The translations under genes and the position numbers were made by a program. Shown in pieces: positions 55,421 through 64,000 of a stretch of DNA of 64,000 nucleotides; the first letter of the stretch is position 1, and each line of letters begins with the position of its first letter. Below the pieces are notes generated by a model. The model was not told the DNA's origin. It searched no databases and saw nothing but the letters and a program-made list of their open reading frames with translations. Location: assembly GCA_003021235.1 (NCBI GenBank), contig PXQR01000102.1, positions 2,051-66,050 of the forward strand, given 5' to 3'. Origin of the DNA: Halobacteriales archaeon QH_6_64_20. Lineage in GTDB: Archaea > Halobacteriota > Halobacteria > Halobacteriales > Halococcaceae.

Positions 55421-56404
55421 ATGTCCACGCGCACCGACCTCGATCCCGAAATCGAACGCGTCGTCGCGGCCTTTCGCGAGCAGGCGGTTCCCGAGTGGCA
55501 CGCCATGTCGATCGAGAGCGCCCGCCGTGTCGAGGACGAAGCCTTCGCGCCGGGTGCTCCCCCGTCGATCGATCTCGTTCGTGACCTCGCGATCGGCGGT
55601 CCCGAGAGGCGTTCGCCGGGCGTCGCTGGGACTCCCGAAACCGCCGGGAGTCGGGTCCCGATCCGGATCTACCGGCCCGACGTCGATCGCCCGGCATCGG
55701 TCCTCCTCTTTTTCCACGGGGGCGGGTGGGTGCTCGGCACGCTCGATTCAGTAGACGAAACCTGTCGTCACCTCGCCGAGGGAGCGGGAACGATCGTCGT
55801 CTCGATCGCGTACCGCAGGGCACCTGAAAACCCGTTTCCGGCGGCGATCGACGACGCCTGGTGTGCTCTCCGATGGGTCGGTGAGAACGCCGCGGCCTTC
55901 GGCGGTGACCCCGCGCGAGTGAGCGTCGGGGGGACCAGCGCGGGCGCGAACCTCGCGGCGGCCACGGCGCTCCGTGCTCGGGCGTTCGACGGGCCCGACC
56001 TCACGCGGCAGTTGCTCGCCTACCCGATCACCGATTACCCCTTCGACACCGACTCGTACGAGGAGAACGCCGACGGGCCGTTGCTCACCCGCGCGGACAT
56101 GCAGTGGTTCTGGGCGCAGTACCTGCGGAGTCCGGTGGACGGGTATAATCCGTTTGCCGCGCCGCTTCGCGCGCCGCCTGCTCTGCTCGATGGAGTCGCG
56201 CCAGCGACCGTCCTCACCGCCGGCTTCGACCCGCTACGGGACGAAGGGTACGCTTATGCCGAGCGTCTGGATCGAGCGGGTATCGCAGTCGATCACCACC
56301 ACTATCCCGACCTCCCGCACGGCTTTCTCAGCTTCACCGATGAGGCCGAGCGGGCCGATCGGGCGATGCGTGACGCCGCCCGGTCGCTCCGATCGCCGGT
56401 ATGA
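55421..56404 (+). CDS. alpha/beta hydrolase (Abhydrolase_3 / HSL-like esterase fold)
   Basis: Oxyanion motif FFHGGGW and nucleophile elbow GGTSAGANLA. A downstream D and H (…DPLRDEG…, …PHGF…) are also present. Confidence 0.85.
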   Translation: MSTRTDLDPEIERVVAAFREQAVPEWHAMSIESARRVEDEAFAPGAPPSIDLVRDLAIGGPERRSPGVAGTPETAGSRVPIRIYRPDVDRPASVLLFFHGGGWVLGTLDSVDETCRHLAEGAGTIVVSIAYRRAPENPFPAAIDDAWCALRWVGENAAAFGGDPARVSVGGTSAGANLAAATALRARAFDGPDLTRQLLAYPITDYPFDTDSYEENADGPLLTRADMQWFWAQYLRSPVDGYNPFAAPLRAPPALLDGVAPATVLTAGFDPLRDEGYAYAERLDRAGIAVDHHHYPDLPHGFLSFTDEAERADRAMRDAARSLRSPV

Positions 56405-56543
56405 GTCCCGAGGGTCGCTCGGATCGACCGGCCGATTCATGGGAGAGATCTCATCCGCGGCGGTGTTCGTCCCCTCGTTCCCGTTCGGTTCGCGGTTTCG
56501 CAGTCCCGTTACGCTTTAGCGGACGGCCCCTCGATTGGAGGTA

Positions 56544-58067
56544 ATGACTGCCCACGCCGTCGAGGCGCACGAGAGCGAGAGCGAACGCGAGCGTGACCGG
56601 GAGTTCGCCGCCGTGATCGGCCTCGAAGTCCACGTCCAGTTAGAGACCAGTACCAAAGTTTTCTGTGGGTGTTCGACCGACTCCGCGACCGAGCCGAACA
56701 CGAACGTCTGCCCGACCTGTCTCGGACTCCCCGGCGCGCTACCGACGTTGAACGAAGCCGCCGTCGAAGCCGCCCTGAAACTAGGCAAGGCGATCGACGC
56801 CGATGTGCCTGACCGCACCCGATTTCACCGGAAGAACTACTACTACCCCGACCTGCCGAAGAACTTCCAAATTACGCAGTACGACGCGCCGATCTGTGCC
56901 GACGGCGCGCTCGAAGTGAGCGTCGAGGGCGACTCGCGGGAGATCGCCATCACCCGCGCACACTTGGAAGAAGACCCCGGAAGCCTCGCACACGCCCGCG
57001 GCGGCCGCCGGACGTCGATCGACGCCGCCGAGTACACGCTCGTCGATTACAACCGCGCCGGCGTGCCCCTCATGGAGATCGTCACGGAACCGGATTTCCG
57101 GCGGCCAACCGAGGTCAGAGGCTTCCTCTCGAAGCTCGAATCGGTGTTGGAGTACCTCGGAATCTTCGACGCCGACCGGGACGGATCTTTGAGAGTGGAC
57201 GCGAACATCTCGATGGTGCCCGAAAGCGAGGAAAGCGACGAGGGCTCGATTCCGAGCGACGTGCTCGAAACCGCGAATCGTACCGAGGTGAAGAACATCT
57301 CCAGTCATAAAGGCGCAGAGAAAGCCCTCGCTTACGAGGTGACGAGACAGAGAAACGCCCTCCAGCGCGGTCGCGAGATCGAACAGGAGACGCGCCACTG
57401 GGACGAATCCCGGGGCGTGACCGTCTCGATGCGGACGAAGGAAGCCGAAGCCGACTACCGGTATTTCGCCGAAGCCGATCTCCCGCCGTTGGAAGTCGGC
57501 GACTGGGCCGAGGAAGTCGAGATCCCCGAACTGCCCGAAGCCCGCCGGGAGCGTTTCGAGCGCGAGCACGGGCTCGGCCGGGAGGCCGCGTCGAAGCTCA
57601 CCTCCACGAAGGCGGTCGCGGACTTCTACGAGAATTTAACCACTGAGTTCGATTCGGACCTGGCGGCGACGTGGGTCGCCGACGAACTGTTAGGCGAACT
57701 CAACTACCGCGATCTGACCACTGAGGACGTCGAGGGGAGGCTGGACGAATTCCGGCGGCTGATCTCGCTCGTGGCCGACGGGGAAATCACGGAGAAGAAC
57801 GCGACGACCGTACTACGGGAAATGCTCGACGAGGGCGATGATCCCGACTCGATAATCGAGGCGAACGGAATGGGCAAGGCCGACGACGACGAGGTAAGCG
57901 CCGCGGTCGAGGCGACCATCGAGGCAAACCCCGAGGCGGTCGCTGACTACGAGAACGGCGAGGAGGGTGCGATCAACTTCCTAGTGGGCCAGGTCATGCA
58001 GGCGACCGGCGGGAGCGCCGACCCCGGAAGCGTGAACGTGATGTTGCGCGAGCGCCTCAACGGCTGA
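56544..58067 (+). CDS. gatB: Asp-tRNA(Asn)/Glu-tRNA(Gln) amidotransferase subunit B
   Basis: From ATG 56544. VIGLEVHVQLETSTKVFCGC...PNTNVCPTCLGLPGALP, with a C-terminal YqeY-like tail. Confidence 0.93.
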   Translation: MTAHAVEAHESESERERDREFAAVIGLEVHVQLETSTKVFCGCSTDSATEPNTNVCPTCLGLPGALPTLNEAAVEAALKLGKAIDADVPDRTRFHRKNYYYPDLPKNFQITQYDAPICADGALEVSVEGDSREIAITRAHLEEDPGSLAHARGGRRTSIDAAEYTLVDYNRAGVPLMEIVTEPDFRRPTEVRGFLSKLESVLEYLGIFDADRDGSLRVDANISMVPESEESDEGSIPSDVLETANRTEVKNISSHKGAEKALAYEVTRQRNALQRGREIEQETRHWDESRGVTVSMRTKEAEADYRYFAEADLPPLEVGDWAEEVEIPELPEARRERFEREHGLGREAASKLTSTKAVADFYENLTTEFDSDLAATWVADELLGELNYRDLTTEDVEGRLDEFRRLISLVADGEITEKNATTVLREMLDEGDDPDSIIEANGMGKADDDEVSAAVEATIEANPEAVADYENGEEGAINFLVGQVMQATGGSADPGSVNVMLRERLNG

Positions 58068-58115
58068 CCGACCGCTCGACTCGAAGTCCGCTTCGTCGAT
58101 CGGCAAGCGACGAGA

Positions 58116-58829
58116 TCAAGCTTCGGTCTCGATCGGCACGAGGCGGGCACCGCCGATCACCGACACGTCGTACAACCCTTCCTGCTCGGGATCGAGCGCG
58201 GTTTCCAGAGCTACGCCGGCGACCCGTTCGAGGGGAAGCGGCCTGACATCGCCGAACCGGCGCGCGATCCGCTCTCGTTCGCCGAGTTCGCGTAGCAGTC
58301 GGTTGGTGACCCGCGAGAAGTGCGGGTTGGGTTCGTCCTCGCCGTAGACCGGACCCGGTCGAAGCCGCGCCACGCTCAGATCGAGGTCGACCAACTCGCG
58401 TTCGGCCCGGCGTTTCGCCGTCAGATACGCCTCGCGGGCGTCGGGCGGGGTCGTCGACGCCGAAACGAAACTAAAGGATCGGACGCCGGCGCGCTCGGCT
58501 TCGAGGCCGGCGAGGATCGCCGCGTCGCCGTTGATCCGCTCGAGGACTATCCCTTCTTTCGGAGTGTCGTCGATGGCCCCGATCGAGTGAACGACTCCCG
58601 TACAGCCCTCCAGATACCCGCGCCAGCGGCGCGGCTCGAAGACGCTCGCCGAAACCCACCTTACCTGAGTGGCCCAGGCCGGTTCGCCGTCCGAGTTCGA
58701 CTTCGAGGTCCCGAAATCGGGGCGGCCGCTCCGCGAGACGCTCACGACCTCGTGTCCGCGCTCGGCGGCGAGGCGACAGACTTCCTTTCCGATGAACCCG
58801 TTGCCGCCGGTGACGAGTACGCGACTCAT
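58116..58829 (-). CDS. NAD(P)-binding epimerase/dehydratase-family (atypical SDR) protein
   Basis: MSRVLVTGGNGFIGKEV Rossmann motif. Confidence 0.8.
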   Translation of the reverse strand: MSRVLVTGGNGFIGKEVCRLAAERGHEVVSVSRSGRPDFGTSKSNSDGEPAWATQVRWVSASVFEPRRWRGYLEGCTGVVHSIGAIDDTPKEGIVLERINGDAAILAGLEAERAGVRSFSFVSASTTPPDAREAYLTAKRRAERELVDLDLSVARLRPGPVYGEDEPNPHFSRVTNRLLRELGERERIARRFGDVRPLPLERVAGVALETALDPEQEGLYDVSVIGGARLVPIETEA

Positions 58830-59061
58830 ACCTCCCGAACGAATGGGAGAACACTGACCGTTCGCCCTCCGGCGATCCGTTCGCCGACGGCCGCCCGTCG
58901 CCGGGCAGTACCTTCCTGTCGCTCAGTGTCCGGGAACAACGCTTGATTCGCACATTACGGCCGGATACGCACGCAGTGAGGCGAATCGGATCAACGAAAC
59001 GTTTAGAAACGGTCTGTCCATAGCCGGAATCAATGACTGCCCTCCGGGACGGTGATCGTCG

Positions 59062-61710
59062 GTGGAGCTGATCGTCACTGAAAAGGAGATCGCCGCCCGG
59101 CGGATCGCCGCCATCCTCAGCGGCGACTCGGCCGAGGTCGAGCGGGAAAACGGCGTGAACGTCTACGAGTGGGGCGGCCGGCGCTGTGTCGGCCTCTCGG
59201 GTCACGTCGTCGAGGTCGACTTCCCACCGGAATACGGCGGCTGGCGCGACGTCGAACCGCGCGAACTCGTCGACGCATCGGTCGAGAAACACCCGACCCG
59301 GGAGAACATCGTCCGCACCCTCAGACTGCTCGCCCGGCAAGCCGATCGCGTAACGATCGCGACCGACTACGATCGTGAGGGCGAACTCATCGGGAAGGAG
59401 GCCTTCGAACTCCTCCGTGAGGTAACCGACGCGCCGGTCGATCGGGTACGATTCTCGTCGATCACCGAGCGCGAAGTCACCGAGGCGTTCGCCGACCCCG
59501 ACGGGATCGACTTCGATCTCGCCGCCGCCGGCGAAGCGAGGCAAGTGATCGACCTCGTCTGGGGCGCGGCGCTCACCCGATTCCTGTCGCTGTCGGCCAA
59601 ACGCTTCGGCGGCGACTTCATCTCTGTAGGGAGAGTCCAGTCCCCGACGCTCAAGCTAATCGTCGATCGCGAGCGCGAGATCGAGGCGTTCGACCCCGAG
59701 AGCTACTGGGAGCTGTTCGCCGATCTCGACGCCGATGGTGAGAACTTCGAAGCGCAGTACTTCTACAACGACGACGGCTCGGAAGCCGATCGCGTCTGGA
59801 ACGAATCGCGCGCCGAAGCGGTCTACGAGGTCCTCGACGGAAGCGAGACGGCACTCACCCGACCGGTACGACGTCGGACGCGAACCGACAGTCCTCCGGC
59901 ACCGTTCAGTACTACGAAATTCATCAGCGCTGCGAGTTCGCTCGGACTCAGTGCCGGGCGTGCCATGTCCGTTGCCGAGGACCTCTACACCGAAGGGTAC
60001 ATTACCTACCCGCGGACCGACAACACCGTCTATCCCGACGATCTCGACGTCGCCGATCTGCTGGACGAGTTGTCGAGCTATCGCGAGTTCGCCGACGACG
60101 CCGGTTCGCTCGCCAGTGGCGACGGCGATCTCGCTCCGACGGAAGGCGACGAGGAGACAACCGACCACCCGCCGATCCACCCCACAGGGGAGCTACCCGA
60201 TCCCGGCGAACTGGGCGACGCCGAAGAGCGGATCTACGAACTCGTCGTCAGGCGGTTCTTCGCCACCGTGGCCGAGGCCGCGACCTGGGAACACCTCCGG
60301 GTCGTCGCCGCGGTCGAAGACGACGGAAACGGCGAGGTCGCAGACGAAGACGAGGACGATCACCGGCTCAAGGCCAACGGCAAGCGCCTCGTCGAGCCGG
60401 GCTACCACGCGGTCTATCCCTACAAGAACGCGAGCGAGAACTACGTCCCCGACGTCGCCGAGGGCGATACCCTGAGGATCGAGGAGACCCGTATCGAGGC
60501 CAAGGAAACCCAACCACCGCGTCGGTACGGCCAGTCCCGGCTGATCGAGCGCATGGAGGGGATGGGAATCGGAACCAAGGCGACACGACACAACACCTTG
60601 GAGAAACTCTACGATCGAGGCTACGTCGAGAACGATCCGCCGGTACCCACGCGACTCGCCCGAGCGGTCGTCGACGCCGCCGAGAGTTTCGCCGCGCAGA
60701 TCGTCGACGAACGGATGACGAGCGAACTCGAAGGGGATATGGCTGCTATCGCGCGCGGAGAGACCACCTTGGAGGAGGTAACCGACGAGTCCCGAGAGAT
60801 GTTGGGCGAGGTCTTCGCCGAGTTGGCCGACTCCCGCGAAGCGATCGGTGAGCACCTCAGGAGTTCACTGAAAGCCGACAAGACCCTCGGACCGTGTCCG
60901 GAATGTGGCTCGAACCTGCTCGTCCGACGGAGCCGCCAAGGATCGCATTTCGTCGGGTGTGACGCCTACCCCGACTGTGAGTACACCCTCCCGCTCCCGA
61001 ACCGGGGTACTCCCCAGTTGCTCGACGAGAGTTGTGGGGACCACGACCTGCGCCACGTCAAGATGCTCGCCGGCCGAGGCACGTTCACCCACGGTTGTCC
61101 ACAGTGTGAGGCCGATGCGGCCGACGACGCGGCCGATCGCGTTATCGGGGCGTGTCCGGAGTGTGGGGATAGCGCGACGTCGATAGCGAGGGACGCATCG
61201 GGTTCCTCGGACACCGCGAGCGGGTCGGAAGCCCGCGAGCAGGAGACGCCGCGAGGCGAAGGCGGTGAAACCGCCGAAGCGCACAGCGGGGAACTCGCGA
61301 TCAAACGCCTCCGGTCAGGCTCACGCTTGGTCGGGTGTACGCGCTATCCCGACTGTGAGTACTCCCTGCCGCTCCCGCGCCAGGGCGAGATCACGGTCAC
61401 CGAACAGTACTGTGAGGAACACGACCTCCCGGAACTCGTCGTCGAAAACGGTGACGAGCCGTGGGAACTGGGCTGTCCGATCTGCAATTTCCGCGAGTAC
61501 GAGGCCCGTCAGCGGGCCGGAACGCTCACCGACCTGGATGGCGTCGGCGAGAGGACCGCCGAGAAGCTCCAGGCGGCGGGTATCGATTCGATCGAGGACC
61601 TGACCACTATCGAGGCCGACTCGCTCGCGACCGACGTCGACGGCGTGAGCGCCGACCGCATCCGCGAGTGGCAAGGTCGGGCGAGCGCGGGCGAAAGCGC
61701 CGCGGACTGA
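59062..61710 (+). CDS. topA: DNA topoisomerase I (type IA)
   Basis: TOPRIM ELIVTEKE...ATDYDREGE, active-site region GYITYPRTD, several C4 zinc ribbons (CPECGS...C..YPDCEY) and a C-terminal HhH. Confidence 0.95.
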   Translation: MELIVTEKEIAARRIAAILSGDSAEVERENGVNVYEWGGRRCVGLSGHVVEVDFPPEYGGWRDVEPRELVDASVEKHPTRENIVRTLRLLARQADRVTIATDYDREGELIGKEAFELLREVTDAPVDRVRFSSITEREVTEAFADPDGIDFDLAAAGEARQVIDLVWGAALTRFLSLSAKRFGGDFISVGRVQSPTLKLIVDREREIEAFDPESYWELFADLDADGENFEAQYFYNDDGSEADRVWNESRAEAVYEVLDGSETALTRPVRRRTRTDSPPAPFSTTKFISAASSLGLSAGRAMSVAEDLYTEGYITYPRTDNTVYPDDLDVADLLDELSSYREFADDAGSLASGDGDLAPTEGDEETTDHPPIHPTGELPDPGELGDAEERIYELVVRRFFATVAEAATWEHLRVVAAVEDDGNGEVADEDEDDHRLKANGKRLVEPGYHAVYPYKNASENYVPDVAEGDTLRIEETRIEAKETQPPRRYGQSRLIERMEGMGIGTKATRHNTLEKLYDRGYVENDPPVPTRLARAVVDAAESFAAQIVDERMTSELEGDMAAIARGETTLEEVTDESREMLGEVFAELADSREAIGEHLRSSLKADKTLGPCPECGSNLLVRRSRQGSHFVGCDAYPDCEYTLPLPNRGTPQLLDESCGDHDLRHVKMLAGRGTFTHGCPQCEADAADDAADRVIGACPECGDSATSIARDASGSSDTASGSEAREQETPRGEGGETAEAHSGELAIKRLRSGSRLVGCTRYPDCEYSLPLPRQGEITVTEQYCEEHDLPELVVENGDEPWELGCPICNFREYEARQRAGTLTDLDGVGERTAEKLQAAGIDSIEDLTTIEADSLATDVDGVSADRIREWQGRASAGESAAD

Positions 61711-61915
61711 TCGGCCGGTCGAGTCGGAACCGGAGCCAGTCAGTGTCGGGACCAGCCGGCGTCGGGATCGGTCGAGATCGAGGTCCTCCGGCGAGTCGAA
61801 GGCAGGCGGAAATCCCGTCGAGGCGGCCGACGATCCGCTTGCCTGCCGTCGCTTCGCCGGGCCGTAGGACGGGTGTCTGACGTAGGTTTATACCGATAGG
61901 ACGCTCTATCTACGT

Positions 61916-62314
61916 TTGGATATGTCACGCTCTCGCAAGCGCCGGCGCGTAGCCGCCGGCTCGTCACGGAGGACGCCCTTATCGCGGAAACCGTCCTCGT
62001 CGTCCGGTCCGGGATCGATCCCCCGACGATTGGTTCTCGTGATTGCCCCGCTCGCCTACGGCACGGGCGCGCTGATCGAGAGCACCGCCGCGACCGCGCT
62101 GTTCGGCGCGTCGGCGCTCACCTTTCTGTGGGGCTGTATGATCGTGCTCGTCTGTGCGCTCGTGAGCCTCGCGCTCTCGACTGCGACCGGACCCGACGGG
62201 ACGCTTTACCGGCGGACCGCCGCGTCGCTCTCGATGTCGATGTCCGCGAGCGGTGCCGGGTCGGTCCTAGCACCGATCTTCGCCGCCGGCGTCGTCCTCA
62301 GCGGTATCGCCTGA
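61916..62314 (+). CDS. small membrane protein, unknown function
   Basis: Basic N-terminus followed by three hydrophobic helices. A TATA-like GTTTATAC lies about 30 nt upstream of ATG 61922. Confidence 0.5.
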   Translation: MDMSRSRKRRRVAAGSSRRTPLSRKPSSSSGPGSIPRRLVLVIAPLAYGTGALIESTAATALFGASALTFLWGCMIVLVCALVSLALSTATGPDGTLYRRTAASLSMSMSASGAGSVLAPIFAAGVVLSGIA

Positions 62315-62544
62315 GACCTCTCCGAACACCCGTCCCTCGACTCGTCGCCCGCTAATCGGCCCTCCCACCTACGGCCGCGACCCGCTTTTTCGGATACTCG
62401 ATTACGAACCCGAACAGTCCGGAGGCTCACGCGTCCGTGCGTTCGTCCCCGACATATAATGACGATAGTATGTGCTCACGTGTACATATTATTTGAACAC
62501 ACTCATAGGCAATCTTTACCTTGGCCACGATTTCAGAGGTACGT

Positions 62545-62823
62545 ATGAGTACGGGGACCGACGACGGGGCGAGCAACGAACGACCGTTCTTCGACGACGG
62601 GGACTTTCGCGATCAGCTACGCGAACTCCCGCCGAGCGCGAAGCTCGTCGCCACGGTCTTGGAGGCCGATTCGCCGCTCTCACAGGGCGACCTCGCCGAG
62701 GAATCCCTATTGCCCGATCGGACGGTCAGATACGCGCTGAGCCGACTGGGCGAGGTCGGCCTCGTCGACTCGCGGTACAGCTTCCACGACGCCCGCAAGC
62801 AGGTCTACTTCCTCCAGCGATAA
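62545..62823 (+). CDS. winged-helix (MarR/TrmB-like) transcriptional regulator
   Basis: From ATG 62545. ...LPPSAKLVATVLEADSPLSQGDLAEESLLPDRTVRYALSRLGEVGLV.... Confidence 0.7.
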   Translation: MSTGTDDGASNERPFFDDGDFRDQLRELPPSAKLVATVLEADSPLSQGDLAEESLLPDRTVRYALSRLGEVGLVDSRYSFHDARKQVYFLQR

Positions 62824-62914
62824 TCCGGTTCCGAACGCGACGACGTGCGCTCGAAGCGATGGAGTAGACGTGACGACCCGCGAGCGTTTTCCGCTCTTCG
62901 TTCGGAACACCCGT

Positions 62915-63694
62915 ATGGAGTCGATCACACGCGTTTCCCTGCCGGTCGAGACACGTACTCCCGGCGGGAAGACGAACGCCTACGTCGTCGGCGAGCGTCG
63001 AGCGGTCTTGATCGATCCGGCAGCCCGATCGACGGAACTGGATCGGCTCGTCGACGATCGATCGGTCACGAACGTCCTCGTTACGCATACACACCCCGAT
63101 CACGTCGGCGCTCTCGCCGAGTACGCCGCTCGTACTGACGCAACCGTTTGGGCACATTCGAGCCACTGCGATCGCTTCGTCCGTGCGACCAGTACGGAAC
63201 CGGATCGCGTCTTCGAGGACGGTACGCGGGTCGATGCGGGAGACGGCGGCGTCACGGTACTCGAAATGCCGGGTCACGCTCCCGATCACGTCGCGCTCGT
63301 GACCGAGGACGGAGTCCTCGTCGGGGATCTGGCGGTGGCGACCGGGAGCGTTGCGGTCACGGCCGGCGACGGTCACGTAGGGAAGTACCTCGCGTCGCTC
63401 CGGCGGTTGCGCGGGATGGCTCCTGAGAAACTGTTCCCGGCACACGGTCCAGTCATCGACGACCCCGAGGAAACCCTGACGCGGCTGATCGATCACCGCC
63501 TAGAGCGCGAGCGCCGCGTTCGAGAAGGGGTTCGAGGCGGCGCTCGCGAGCTCGACGCGATCACCGACGCGGCCTACGATAAGGACGTTACCGCGGTTCG
63601 CGACCTCGCGGAGGGAACTGTCGCTGCCCACCTGGAGCAGTTGGCTCGCGAGGGTAAGGTAATCTGGGATGGCGAGTGTGCCGAACCGGCCTGA
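62915..63694 (+). CDS. MBL-fold metallo-hydrolase
   Basis: From ATG 62915. VLVTHTHPDHVGA motif and a C-terminal winged-helix-like tail. Confidence 0.85.
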   Translation: MESITRVSLPVETRTPGGKTNAYVVGERRAVLIDPAARSTELDRLVDDRSVTNVLVTHTHPDHVGALAEYAARTDATVWAHSSHCDRFVRATSTEPDRVFEDGTRVDAGDGGVTVLEMPGHAPDHVALVTEDGVLVGDLAVATGSVAVTAGDGHVGKYLASLRRLRGMAPEKLFPAHGPVIDDPEETLTRLIDHRLERERRVREGVRGGARELDAITDAAYDKDVTAVRDLAEGTVAAHLEQLAREGKVIWDGECAEPA

Positions 63695-63720
63695 GTTCTA
63701 ACGGTATAGTGACCAGGCGA

Positions 63721-64000
63721 TCAGTTCGCGCTGTTCATCCACTCGAAGTTCACGTGTCGGGTGTCGAAAGCGATCTGCCAGCCGAACCGGACGATCACGA
63801 GAGCACTCAGGATCCGACCGCCCGCTGCGATGCGGTCGATCGACTCGGTTCCTACACCAGCACCCACCAGCCCCGAGACCGAGAACCCGAGTCCGGCGAG
63901 CGCCAGTCCCGTGCCGGCGAAGTGACTCCAGCGAACCCGGGAACCGAACCGGTCGGCATCGAACCCGGTGAGAACGAGTAGCGCTCCGCCGCCGATCGTG
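63721..64000 (-). CDS. membrane protein, 3' part only (5' end outside window)
   Basis: The minus-strand frame is open to the window edge and ends ...RILSALVIVRFGWQIAFDTRHVNFEWMNSAN* (stop at 63721-63723). The content is hydrophobic. Confidence 0.5.
   Translation of the reverse strand, partial: TIGGGALLVLTGFDADRFGSRVRWSHFAGTGLALAGLGFSVSGLVGAGVGTESIDRIAAGGRILSALVIVRFGWQIAFDTRHVNFEWMNSAN

Overview
High-GC haloarchaeal chromosomal segment: acidic proteins, and TATA-like boxes about 25-35 nt upstream of many start codons, which suggests leaderless transcripts. About 65 protein-coding genes are supportable. I saw no rRNA, tRNA, CRISPR array or intact IS element. 1-13.6 kb is mostly housekeeping: NUDIX hydrolase, guaB, a Tat-signal S8 protease, the archaeal rpl44e-rps27e-aIF2alpha-nop10-PAC2 operon, a DRG-type GTPase and a fused VOC protein. 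13.6-28.4 kb looks accessory. It holds a pair of MITE-like repeats, three formate/nitrite-transporter (FNT) paralogs (one intact, one full-length pseudogene, one fragment) and a halorhodopsin gene. It also holds four separately promoted acidic or DNA-binding genes of unknown function, two of which share a C-terminal motif. The last element there is a compact gas-vesicle cluster, gvpA-sORF-gvpO divergent from gvpF-G-H-X-J-K-L-M. This cluster lacks gvpC/N/D/E, and its gvpK, gvpL and gvpM are disrupted as read. 28.6-64 kb is again mostly metabolic or housekeeping: aspS, GGGP synthase, methyltransferases, a split GT2, an ADH and an acyl-CoA ligase. It also carries a form-II CODH/xanthine-dehydrogenase-family cluster (coxG-S-L-M, coxD-E, xdhC, mocA-like, moeA, a second orphan large subunit), kynureninase with an alpha/beta hydrolase, gatB and topA. 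The best candidate for something undescribed is the gene set at 18.2-21.7 kb next to the minimal, partly eroded gvp cluster. All family assignments come from motif recognition by eye and memory, not from searches.
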